A stretch of DNA of 64,000 nt. It comes from an uncultured Candidatus Saccharibacteria bacterium (GTDB lineage: Bacteria > Patescibacteriota > Dojkabacteria > SC72). Shown here one piece after another: positions 1 to 9,000 of the stretch. The notes under the pieces were generated by a model. That model saw nothing but the letters and a program-made list of their open reading frames with translations, had not been told where the DNA came from and made no database searches. The translations under genes were made by a program, and so were the position numbers. The first letter of the stretch is position 1. The number at the start of each line of letters is the position of its first letter. Where the stretch lies: NCBI GenBank assembly GCA_964560525.1, contig CAZLLO010000001.1:6656-70655 (forward strand). Reading direction: 5' to 3'.

Positions 1-1639
1 CAAATCTCTTAAGAAGAAGCATCTTCATAAAGGTAAGCATATTTCTTTGTGAGATCTTCTCTCTTTCTGTTAACTCTCCAGTGTAATAAAGGAGTGGGAC
101 ATACCTACTATATTTAAAGTTCTCAATGAAAGAAATTGTCTTATTAAAGGCTTCATCCTCTTTAGAGTCAAACTGGTAAAAAATAGAATTGGGATCATGC
201 ACCTTTGGAAATTTAAGACCTTGTTTCTTTAAATCTTCACTGTAGTATTTCTCAATCTCTGTTCTAGTTCTCCTAACCATTAAATATTTCAAGATATTGT
301 TTCGAATGTCTTGTGCATTTTCCTTTACAATACTCATGTATTCATCATAGTTGTTTTTTCTGTCCAATTTTCTGATTCTAGAATTCAAACTACTAAAGTA
401 AGCTTCCAGATTCTGGACTCCTGGGATGTTACTTTTCCTACTATTTTGGAATAGTTTTATTTGTGCAAGTAAGTCTTTTGGCTGGTTATTAAATGGTGTA
501 GCACTAACTAAGATTACCTTCTTACTTCTACATATCTCTGATAGTCTTTCAAAAGATATTGTTGCTTCATTTCTAAAGTTGTGAGACTCATCAATAACAA
601 TGTTATCGTACTTATCTATCCCTCTTTCTAATATCCTTTCTAACATACCTACAGACTCACATTCATAACCTCTAACACCAAATTCCATCAACACATTGGC
701 CCATGAACCCGGGTTGTCCTTTGAGATTAGTGCAGGAGAGGCAATAACCAAGGTCTTCCCCCCAAGCGTATTGATTAACCTTGCAGCAATATATGTTTTC
801 CCTAAACCAACAACGTCCGATATAAACACTCCACCATACTCCTCTACAATCTTCTTAGCATTTACTACTGCCTGCTTCTGATACTCAAGCTCTAGATATC
901 CTTCAGGTGTGTAATCTTCTATTTCTGTATCTGCAGTAAGGTCTTCCTTAAAATACTCATACAGGAATTTAAGATATAACTGATATGGTGTAATCTCATT
1001 ATTAAGATGGGTTTTTTCACTTATTGTATCATTCAAATTCTGCGATATATCCATAGCTTCTTTCCAAAGTGCATTAAAATTGCCCAATGCATACTCGTAG
1101 TCCTTACTATTTTTTAACTCAACATTGAATTCCAAGTTGTCTTTAAGTCCTGATCTAGTGAGATTACTGGAGCCAGTGATAACCCTACCTGGATCTATCT
1201 GATTCTTATCAAATGTAAAAATATATAACTTAGCATGGAGGGGAGCCTTATCGTAAATCTTTATCTGTAATTTTCCACTCTTTAACCACTCAACAAATTT
1301 AAACATACCTTCCTCGACATCGGCATCATCTTCTGCTATTGCAACCTCATCAATATACTTCTTGCTAATACTTTCTTTAATCTTTTTGGCTGACTCAAAT
1401 TGTATTTCCAGATTCCCTTGTATAGCATCTACAACTTGTGATTCAGTATTAAGTCCAATTAGAATTCTTACCTTTTCTACTTTTTCTAGACTTTTGTATA
1501 TCTGATAGAAACCACTTATGTAGAAATAGCCAACAAGTATATCTAAATTTTCTGTTCTGGGTACTAATTCATTCAATCGCTCTGAGAGGGTATTACCTTT
1601 CTCATTAGTAATAAACTCAGTAATCTGGTTTCCTGACAT
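1..1639 (-). CDS. PLD-like nuclease domain fused to SNF2/DEAD-like helicase. The N-terminal ~546 aa are in the window; the C-terminus runs off the window edge.
   Basis: Hand translation of the minus strand from the ATG at 1639 (stop codon upstream at 1652-1654) gives MSGNQITEFITNEKG.... It has a PLD HxK-x4-D-x6-GSxN motif (HAKLYIFTFD...VITGSSNLT), a Walker A (GLGKTYIAA) and motif II (DESH) typical of SNF2/SF2 helicases. It is absent from the ORF track because there is no stop codon inside the window. Confidence 0.7.
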   Translation of the reverse strand, partial: MSGNQITEFITNEKGNTLSERLNELVPRTENLDILVGYFYISGFYQIYKSLEKVEKVRILIGLNTESQVVDAIQGNLEIQFESAKKIKESISKKYIDEVAIAEDDADVEEGMFKFVEWLKSGKLQIKIYDKAPLHAKLYIFTFDKNQIDPGRVITGSSNLTRSGLKDNLEFNVELKNSKDYEYALGNFNALWKEAMDISQNLNDTISEKTHLNNEITPYQLYLKFLYEYFKEDLTADTEIEDYTPEGYLELEYQKQAVVNAKKIVEEYGGVFISDVVGLGKTYIAARLINTLGGKTLVIASPALISKDNPGSWANVLMEFGVRGYECESVGMLERILERGIDKYDNIVIDESHNFRNEATISFERLSEICRSKKVILVSATPFNNQPKDLLAQIKLFQNSRKSNIPGVQNLEAYFSSLNSRIRKLDRKNNYDEYMSIVKENAQDIRNNILKYLMVRRTRTEIEKYYSEDLKKQGLKFPKVHDPNSIFYQFDSKEDEAFNKTISFIENFKYSRYVPLLYYTGELTEREKISQRNMLTFMKMLLLKRF

Positions 1640-1746
1640 GAGTATCCTTGTTTAATTTAAATAGTAATGTTGACTACACTCTATAAAAACATCTTTATTC
1701 ATGTCATTTTACCTCCTTCTACTGTTTTTTACCACCCATATTATAT

Positions 1747-3300
1747 TTAGAACACTCTCCGGCTTCCTGGACCAAATACATTCTGCCTTGTCCAATAGTT
1801 AGGTTCGTAACTACTACTCCCATATCTAAAAAGATCCCCGACCTCTTTTGATAAGACTTGCACAGGCCTTCTATCCTCCTTTATGGCTACATGTAGTACG
1901 ATGGTAAATGCATCTACTAGGTCATCATGCTTCTCTACTCCAAAATATACTAACTGCTGTATTAATTTGTCTGCACCTTCTTTTGGAAACAATACTTTAC
2001 CCGATCTAATCATATACGTTACTGAGTCTAACCTAGCCCTCTTATCCTGTCCATTAACAGAAAAACCCTTTGCATCAAAACTACTTGTAACTAATTGCTG
2101 TATAACTGCTCTCTGATATCCAACATCTTCAATATATATCTTACATCTCCTATCAAACAACCCTGATTCTTTTGAAAGACTCTTTATTCGCTCTGTTGCA
2201 GAGGGAAAATCCAATCGTTCATTAACAGGAAACTTTTGAATATATACCTTCAGAGTCTTTTCATATCCAAATACATGCCCTACTACTAAAGCTGTATAGT
2301 CTGCATGATTACTTGAAGATATAGCTAGATCAACCCCTATTACAGAATATCTATACCCATCACTATCTACAGGCAATTCATCATAGTACTGTATCCACTC
2401 CTTGTGTACTATTTGGTCTTCATCAGCAATAATTTTAAGCATATACTCCCTTTGCCATGCTTTATCATCTCCATTCAGCTTTCTTTCAACACTTAAATCA
2501 TCAAGTGTTGGGTATCTACCTTTCCAAAGTATTTCATTCTTATCATTAATAACAGGATATTCCCTGTAAATTGTATTACTCGATTCCTTCTCAATATTCT
2601 TTCTAAGTCTCATTAGTAAAGAATCTTCATGCAAAAGATTTCCCACCATCACAATCTTAGTATTTTTCTCTCCAAGAGGAGCAATCTCCCCTGTGAACCA
2701 AGTATATGTCCTATCTCTTCCTTCTTTCGTCTTTGTAGAAGTTAAATCTTCAACATCATCACAGATAATTAAGTCTGGTCTGTATGCTCCATGCCTTAAA
2801 CCTCTAATACTCTGTTCACTTGAAGCTGCTATTATCTTTGCATTAAAGTTAGGAATTACTAAAGAGAAGGAGCCCCACTCATCTGATGTCTCCTGGAAGG
2901 GGCCTAAGTCTTTTCTAAGAAGCTCATTGTATTCCAACTCTCTCTTTATATTAGCTAGATGTATCTTAGCTTGTTGTTGTGTCTGAGAAAGAATCACTAC
3001 ACATTTCTTCTGTTGTTTTCCTATTATTGACCATATTGGATATGACATTGTCATAATGGTTGATTTAGCAGAACCCCTGAAAGCAACAATAACTGCCATC
3101 TTTAGATTCTCATCCTCTGTAATCCTAAACATTTCTCTTTGAAATGGTGCTGTTTTGTACCTGGTATATTGGCTAAAATATAGATGAAAGAATATATAAT
3201 GGCTTTCTTTAACAATCACTCTTCTTGCGACCTGATCTTCCAAAAGTTTGTTTATATCCTCGATTGTTATTTCAGTATTATTCTGTAATTGGTTGTCCAT
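1747..3300 (-). CDS. terL: Phage terminase large subunit (TerL, Terminase_6-like).
   Basis: 517 aa. P-loop FRGSAKST, Walker B LIICDDVED, C-terminal RNaseH-fold nuclease acidic residues (IGVDLA, IEDVGY, HDDLVDAF). Confidence 0.8.
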   Translation of the reverse strand: MDNQLQNNTEITIEDINKLLEDQVARRVIVKESHYIFFHLYFSQYTRYKTAPFQREMFRITEDENLKMAVIVAFRGSAKSTIMTMSYPIWSIIGKQQKKCVVILSQTQQQAKIHLANIKRELEYNELLRKDLGPFQETSDEWGSFSLVIPNFNAKIIAASSEQSIRGLRHGAYRPDLIICDDVEDLTSTKTKEGRDRTYTWFTGEIAPLGEKNTKIVMVGNLLHEDSLLMRLRKNIEKESSNTIYREYPVINDKNEILWKGRYPTLDDLSVERKLNGDDKAWQREYMLKIIADEDQIVHKEWIQYYDELPVDSDGYRYSVIGVDLAISSSNHADYTALVVGHVFGYEKTLKVYIQKFPVNERLDFPSATERIKSLSKESGLFDRRCKIYIEDVGYQRAVIQQLVTSSFDAKGFSVNGQDKRARLDSVTYMIRSGKVLFPKEGADKLIQQLVYFGVEKHDDLVDAFTIVLHVAIKEDRRPVQVLSKEVGDLFRYGSSSYEPNYWTRQNVFGPGSRRVF

Positions 3301-3685
3301 TTTCTTCCTCCTTTCTCTCTTCTGAGAATGCCATACTAAGAGATTTACGAATTAGTTCCTTTTGCTCATCCGTTAGAGGGAGATCCTTGTTAGTTGTAGT
3401 TACTTCAAGTTTAGGAGAGTAGTTCTTATGGTGATTCTTTAACCAGAATATTATTCCAGTTAAGTTTCCATCCCTTATGGCAGAGATCAATTGACTCTCT
3501 GCCATATCATTAATTAACTGAGCCCCTTCTTGTAGTGCAATCTCAGCATCTTCTGCAAACTTAGGATCTCTTTTCTTCCATCTATAGAATGTTGCTCTTG
3601 ATACTCCCATCTTTTCGCAAGTTACCTGTATGATTGGTGTTTTCTTAAGCTGTTCTACAATTGCTTTCTTATTTATTGTTTTCAT
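3278..3685 (-). CDS. Small HTH protein in the terminase-small-subunit position.
   Basis: 135 aa. HTH signature VSRATFYRWKK. Lies immediately upstream of terL and overlaps it by 23 nt. Confidence 0.5.
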   Translation of the reverse strand: MKTINKKAIVEQLKKTPIIQVTCEKMGVSRATFYRWKKRDPKFAEDAEIALQEGAQLINDMAESQLISAIRDGNLTGIIFWLKNHHKNYSPKLEVTTTNKDLPLTDEQKELIRKSLSMAFSEERKEEENGQPITE

Positions 3686-5010
3686 TGTATTTTCTTTGCA
3701 CTTAATTTAGTTAGGTTTTCCCATCTATTCCTAATTACCTCTGCATAAACAGGAGATTTTTCCATTAAATAGCATCTTCTTTTCATCTTCTCACAAGCAA
3801 TTAATGTAGATCCGCTTCCGCCAAACGGTTCTACTACTAAATCATTTCTTTTTGTAAGGACTTTGACATAAGGAATGAGTATTTCTAACGGTTTTGTCCC
3901 AAAGATTATCCCCTGTCCAGAGCTTTTCTCATCAGAAGCTTTGTATTCTATGAAGTCAGTTGGCTGTATTTTCTTCCCTTTCTCATATCCTTCCCAATGG
4001 GGCTTCCCAGATATGGCATACAAAGCTGTCTGGTACTCATTCTGAAGCAATTCTTCCTCGGGAGGAGTATTCATGACTTCCTCTTTGTATGAGGAACCAA
4101 CCATTGCTATATCGTGTTTAGAAAAGAATTTGTATTTAGCAGAAAATCCTTGGTGTCTATTTGGTATATGCCAAACAATCATGTTTTTTACCTTCCAATA
4201 CTTCTCCATTTCTCCCCATATAGTCCTAATATTTTTCCAATTTTCATATACAATGATGTGGAAATCCTCCTTTGCTACTTCTGAAATATTTTTCATCCAT
4301 AGTTCTGTGAAGTTATCTGGTAATACATCTGTCTCAAGGTACTTTCTGTCTCTTTTGTATCCGAATCCTTCCGTTGGTTTACCGCTCTTTTTCTTCCCAT
4401 GAAGATAGTCCAAAATATACGGAGGGTCCGTATAAACCATATCTGCTTTTTCACCATTCATTAACTTGAGCATGTCTTCTTGTACTGTAGAGTCTCCACA
4501 CATCATCCTATTTTCTCCTAATTGCCATATATCTCCTTTTTGAATTTCAATCTTCTTAATGTCTAGCTTGTTAAGCTCTTTTTTGAGATCAAATACTTCT
4601 GGGCTATTATCTTCCCAATCAAAGATTAGATCCAATTCCTCTGAGTTGAAACCTGTATCTGTTAAGAATTCCTCTGCAAAGCCAGCGAGAAGTTTAAAGT
4701 CGAATTCTCCTTGATTTTTGTTTAATCTAAGGTTTAATTCCTTCTCCTTCTCAATATCTGGAATATTTACATATACAACAGGCATTTCTTTTATACCTAA
4801 GGCTTTCGCTGCCTCTATACGCATATGTCCACCAATGACAATGTTCTGTCTACTAGGAGCATTGTTAACTATTGCTGGATCTACAATACCAAATCTTTGG
4901 ATACTGGTTTTGAGATCATTTAAAGCTTTTTCATCCCATTTCCTTGGGTTGTAGTCAGCTTTGACTAAGGCGTCTATTTGAACATAGACTGTTTGAAGTT
5001 TGTTCTTCAT
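3682..5010 (-). CDS. ParB-like nuclease domain fused to a beta-class DNA methyltransferase (N6-adenine or N4-cytosine).
   Basis: N-terminal ParBc-like block GGHMRIEAAKALG. Motif IV DPPY lies upstream of motif I EPFGGSGST, which is the beta-class order. ATGA start/stop overlap with the upstream gene. Confidence 0.75.
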   Translation of the reverse strand: MKNKLQTVYVQIDALVKADYNPRKWDEKALNDLKTSIQRFGIVDPAIVNNAPSRQNIVIGGHMRIEAAKALGIKEMPVVYVNIPDIEKEKELNLRLNKNQGEFDFKLLAGFAEEFLTDTGFNSEELDLIFDWEDNSPEVFDLKKELNKLDIKKIEIQKGDIWQLGENRMMCGDSTVQEDMLKLMNGEKADMVYTDPPYILDYLHGKKKSGKPTEGFGYKRDRKYLETDVLPDNFTELWMKNISEVAKEDFHIIVYENWKNIRTIWGEMEKYWKVKNMIVWHIPNRHQGFSAKYKFFSKHDIAMVGSSYKEEVMNTPPEEELLQNEYQTALYAISGKPHWEGYEKGKKIQPTDFIEYKASDEKSSGQGIIFGTKPLEILIPYVKVLTKRNDLVVEPFGGSGSTLIACEKMKRRCYLMEKSPVYAEVIRNRWENLTKLSAKKIQ

Positions 5011-5105
5011 AACTTAAATAGTAAAAATTTAGATATATATGCTTAAATAATGGTTATTCAAGCTATATCTAAATGATAAAACAATGATAGTTGTGTAAAG
5101 TTGGG

Positions 5106-5846
5106 TTACTTTCTTAAGAAGGATATATATGCAGGATTAACAGTGAACATTGTGTTGTTAGATATAAAGAAATCCTTGTATCCAATACCTTCTTCAATAG
5201 TATGGTTTAAGGCCCTATATTTCTCATACACTATGTGATACCAATCCTTACTTGCATCCGAGTAGTCTTCACCAATAGCTTTTACTAAATCTTCTAACTC
5301 CCAAGGCATCTTTTTACGACGCTTACCGCCGAACATAAACTTACACAAATCATACCTAGGAGTTCCCTTTTTTAATGCTAACGGGAAGCCATTTATCACT
5401 AAACGTGGTTTTTCTTCTTCAAAAACAACATTATTTGTTTCTAGGAACATGAATTGAGGTTTATTCTTTATTACTACTTTAATTGCTTCTGCAACTTCTT
5501 TTGTCACTTTAAATGATATTGTCTTAAATTTTGTAGCACCTTCCTGTATTGTATAAATCGTGTATATATCTTCTTCTGTAAGTGTACCCTCTTTTAAACC
5601 TTTCCTTATTTCTTTAGGAGAGATAGAAATCCTTAGGTTTAAGAAAAATTCATAGGTATCTGAGCTTAGGTAGATGGTTTTTTCAAAGAATTTTGCTATA
5701 CCCGAGGTAACTTCCAACATCTTATTGATAACCTTCTGTATAGGTTTCATCGTTTTATTAATAATCTCTATCTGTTGTTGGAAACTTCCAGAAGCTATCT
5801 CTATACTTTTCACTATATCTGCGATATCACCCATTTGTAGCAACAC
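5106..5846 (-). CDS. Hypothetical protein.
   Basis: 246-aa ORF in the same orientation and block as the phage-like genes. No motif recognised. Confidence 0.4.
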   Translation of the reverse strand: MLLQMGDIADIVKSIEIASGSFQQQIEIINKTMKPIQKVINKMLEVTSGIAKFFEKTIYLSSDTYEFFLNLRISISPKEIRKGLKEGTLTEEDIYTIYTIQEGATKFKTISFKVTKEVAEAIKVVIKNKPQFMFLETNNVVFEEEKPRLVINGFPLALKKGTPRYDLCKFMFGGKRRKKMPWELEDLVKAIGEDYSDASKDWYHIVYEKYRALNHTIEEGIGYKDFFISNNTMFTVNPAYISFLRK

Positions 5847-5962
5847 CCCCTAAGTTAAACTATCATGTATTATAATATCTTTTACGTATTTATGGTGGGA
5901 AAAAAGAGATAATATACCAGAAGACCATTCTAATATGAAAACAGCGAACATATTAGCAACTC

Positions 5963-7558
5963 CTAGTCTACACCATTTTTCTTATCAAGGACTTTTTTTA
6001 TCTTTTCAATATCTCTGGCCACGATTGGTTCAAATACGTCTAAAATTGCCAATAAACTACTAACATTATTAATATTGCTAACCCGTGCCATCTCTAAATT
6101 CGAAAGTGCTTCTTTATTTTCGGGGTAGTGCTTATTTATAGCGTTGATCCTCAATTTCCTACTAAAGGTATAATTCCCTGGATGATTGGCATCCACTACA
6201 CCATATAAAAAATGAATTATCTTACTAGAGAGATACTGACATCTCTCAGTCAAGTCTTCTGGTCCTTTTTCCACAGTATCATCTTCACACCACTTTCTAA
6301 TCTCTTGCATCTCGGAAACTAAATCTTTATTTAGTAAATAAGTTAATTCTGATCCAGACTGAGGAAATTCCTCGTGTGGAAGCATCTTCCCATACAAAAG
6401 TATTCCATCAAAGGTACATATAAATCTATCCTTCTTATACTCTTCTCCTAAAAAGTCCGATATATTTATAACTTTCACATCATTTTTGATCTCCCGAAGG
6501 AGTTTAGCACTCTCTTTATCAATTTCTTTTGCCCCTTTTTCAAGTATTATATAGATATTAGTGTCTGAAACACCTTCCTCATGCTCCCCTCTAGCAAGAC
6601 TCCCAAGAAGATAGATAGATCGCAAATCATTGCCATAACGGCACTTACAAAGCTCTATCATGTCATTAATCCAATTCTTATGTGTAGCATCAATAGCATC
6701 AAAGTTTGTAAGATTAACTATTTTTAAAGTATTGGAAAATTGCAAATATTCGTTTATAACCTTCTTATCACCCTCCCCAACTAATGGATACCCTAGTTCG
6801 TTAATAAATAAAAGGGCTATGTCGTCAATATTTTTATATATTTCATCAAAGGTCTTTTCCAGTTGCTTTTGTGACACCGTTGAAAAATCTTCCAATGTCT
6901 TATCTCTCTTTTCTTGTAAAAGTTTTTCTCCTTCAGTTGTTAAAACTCCAGACATGCTTAATACAATCCGAAGTCCTTTAATTTCATTAAAATCTTGATT
7001 CTGATGAAGAGTACTCAAAAAATGATGATACCCCGTACGTTTTCTGAGACAAACTTGAATTCCAGACTGTCCAGAATGGTCATCTGCATCCCATTTTGAC
7101 ATTAGATCTTCCAGCTTCTTAGACTTAATAGCACTCAAATATTTCTTTAATTTTTGATCACTTGATCGAACCTTTTTCTTCAGATCCTCAATAGTAAATT
7201 CTTCTGAACTATCAATATCATTCTCCAAAAGATAGCTCATCTTAATCAATTTATCTTTGAGTTGATGTACTAAATCTAAAAAGTACCCTTGATAAAATAT
7301 TATTATATCCTCTTTACTCAAACCCTCAGCTTTTAAAAAAGACTCATCGTACTCATACTTCATAAGAGACCTTACTCTTTTAAGGTCTACCAGGACTCTT
7401 TTCACCTCATTCGCGTAGTCGAATCTTGATTGCAAGTAGCCTGTTGTAGCAGAGTCACAGTTTATAGCCAAACAATGAGGCTCACTAAGCTTCTGCTTAA
7501 AAACATCAATTAGAAGCCTGGTACACAAGTTATTTAGATTTGATTTTTCTATATCCAT
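5963..7558 (-). CDS. Large protein with a Pol-beta-superfamily nucleotidyltransferase (MNT-like) core.
   Basis: 531 aa. GS-x11-D motif LLGSLARGEHEEGVSDTN near residue 318. The second carboxylate is replaced by N, so the domain may be inactive. Rx5-6H patches (RKRTGYHH, RINAINKH) could be HEPN-like. The N-terminal 300 aa are unassigned. Confidence 0.45.
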   Translation of the reverse strand: MDIEKSNLNNLCTRLLIDVFKQKLSEPHCLAINCDSATTGYLQSRFDYANEVKRVLVDLKRVRSLMKYEYDESFLKAEGLSKEDIIIFYQGYFLDLVHQLKDKLIKMSYLLENDIDSSEEFTIEDLKKKVRSSDQKLKKYLSAIKSKKLEDLMSKWDADDHSGQSGIQVCLRKRTGYHHFLSTLHQNQDFNEIKGLRIVLSMSGVLTTEGEKLLQEKRDKTLEDFSTVSQKQLEKTFDEIYKNIDDIALLFINELGYPLVGEGDKKVINEYLQFSNTLKIVNLTNFDAIDATHKNWINDMIELCKCRYGNDLRSIYLLGSLARGEHEEGVSDTNIYIILEKGAKEIDKESAKLLREIKNDVKVINISDFLGEEYKKDRFICTFDGILLYGKMLPHEEFPQSGSELTYLLNKDLVSEMQEIRKWCEDDTVEKGPEDLTERCQYLSSKIIHFLYGVVDANHPGNYTFSRKLRINAINKHYPENKEALSNLEMARVSNINNVSSLLAILDVFEPIVARDIEKIKKVLDKKNGVD

Positions 7559-7604
7559 ATGTATTGATTATACTCTTTTTTAGGGTGTCTCTTTTGTCTC
7601 ATTT

Positions 7605-8012
7605 TTGATATCATCTAGTCGGGGAAATGGGGTCCAGACCCATATGTCCCGTATTATTTCTCTGCTCCATATTCTAAGGCTAAATACCTGGTCAACAGAA
7701 ATCTCAAAAGAAATTCATGTTTTACAGGATGATATCGTGATAACAAAGAACAGAGTAAGTGCTTTTTGTAATACCAATTTAGATTCCATATTAAAATTAA
7801 AAGAAAATGATATTGAAGATATTATGATTGCGGGTATTGCAACCGAGTTAGCAGTTTCAAGTACAGTTCGAGATGCGCATGATTTGGATTATGATGTTAC
7901 TGTAATTGAAGACTGTTGTGCTTCTGCAGATATTTCTAATCATAATGCTACGATGAAGATATTACAGAAGATAGCAAAGATAGAGAATTCTGCTACGGTA
8001 TTTGAAAAATAA
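7605..8012 (+). pseudogene. 5'-truncated isochorismatase/cysteine-hydrolase family gene (C-terminal ~105 aa only).
   Basis: DDIVITKNRVSAF...IMIAGIATELAVSSTVRDAHDLDYDVTVIEDCCAS matches the C-terminal half of the isochorismatase-like fold. The apparent N-terminus of the ORF is translated from repeat R1 (7633-7674), so the true 5' part is missing. Confidence 0.6.
7633..7674 (+). repeat. Repeat family copy R1 (TCCAGACCCATATGTCCCGTATTATTTCTCT...CCATATT).
   Basis: Direct repeat shared with 8036, 9535 and 10323. Contains 3 CCRTAT sub-motifs about 10-22 bp apart. Confidence 0.7.
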
Positions 8013-8035
8013 AGACATATAGATTCCAGACCCAT

Positions 8036-8072
8036 ATGTTCCATATTGCTCCTCATATTAGTTTCGCTACCC
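8036..8072 (+). repeat. Repeat family copy R2.
   Basis: TCCAGACCCATATGTTCCATATTGCTCCTCATATT. Lies immediately after the isochorismatase fragment stop. Confidence 0.7.
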
Positions 8073-8138
8073 TAATTCCTTTTATATACTACCCCATTAG
8101 AGAATGATTGCATTGTATGAAATTAATTACAAAAGATA

Positions 8139-8186
8139 TTCGGATACCATACCATATCCTTCATTTTCAGCTTATCCGTATAAATG
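8139..8186 (+). repeat. Variant repeat copy R3a (TTCGGATACCATACCATATCCTTC...CCGTATAAAT).
   Basis: Shares the CCATAT / CCGTAT phased sub-motifs with R1, R2, R4 and R5, and about 27/30 identity with 8966-9000. Confidence 0.55.
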
Positions 8187-8250
8187 ACAATATTGTAAAT
8201 AAGCAATAGCTATGGAATAATGGAGCTATTAATATAATTGTTATTCATTT

Positions 8251-8805
8251 ATGGATATAAGAAATTCTACATGTAAATGTTGGGTATGTGGCACAGAATA
8301 TAACATACAAGAAGTTCTTTCAACATTTAGTGGTTTAGATTCGGATTTCAAACCAAAGGAAAATATATGTCCTAATTGTGGAGCACCATATCGCCATAGC
8401 GCAACACCAAGTATAGGGATTGTAAGAGATTTGTATACCGCAATCTATTGGGTCCCAAGTAATGGAGAAGTCCCCAAATTGGAACACTTCGTAAATTCAG
8501 AAGAAGGAATTGAAGACTTAAAGAAACTGTTGTTAGCATACAAAGATGTATTAGCAGCTGTAGAAATTTTTGTAGATATGAACAAAACAGATATACAAAA
8601 TTCTTCCAATCCAGCACTTCCAAGTGGACCATACCTTCCTTCCCCCATAGAAGAAGAGGCCAGGTTAAAGACTGAGAAAGCTATGATTACAGAAATGACA
8701 AAAGATGAAGTAGCATTTAAAGAAAAGATTGAGAACTTAGTTTCTAAAACAAAGGAAAAACTTCTTACAGAAAAAGGTAAATATTATAAAGCTGATCTTC
8801 AATAA
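8251..8805 (+). CDS. Zinc-ribbon (CxxC...CxxC) hypothetical protein.
   Basis: 184 aa. CWVCG...CPNCG. Flanked by R3a and R3b. Confidence 0.5.
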   Translation: MDIRNSTCKCWVCGTEYNIQEVLSTFSGLDSDFKPKENICPNCGAPYRHSATPSIGIVRDLYTAIYWVPSNGEVPKLEHFVNSEEGIEDLKKLLLAYKDVLAAVEIFVDMNKTDIQNSSNPALPSGPYLPSPIEEEARLKTEKAMITEMTKDEVAFKEKIENLVSKTKEKLLTEKGKYYKADLQ

Positions 8806-8965
8806 GTTATTCAAAAGTTTAGCTTTTGAGTGTACACATATTTAAGGACATATGTTAATTGGTATGCAGGTTGAAATTGAGATGATGATTGGAGGTTGTA
8901 CTGAAAATGAAACATTTAAGAGTCCATATAGTTATGAAAGATAGGTAGAATACTTGAATATTGAT

Positions 8966-9000
8966 TTCGGATACCATGCCATATCCTCCGTATTTATTCC
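8966..9000 (+). repeat. Variant repeat copy R3b (TTCGGATACCATGCCATATCCTCCGTATTTATTCC).
   Basis: Same family. Ends in CCGTATTTATT, like R1 and R4. Confidence 0.55.

Noticed and set aside
696-881. 61-aa plus-strand ORF from the track.
   Set aside because: It lies antisense inside the well-supported PLD-SNF2 coding region, so it is a spurious ORF.
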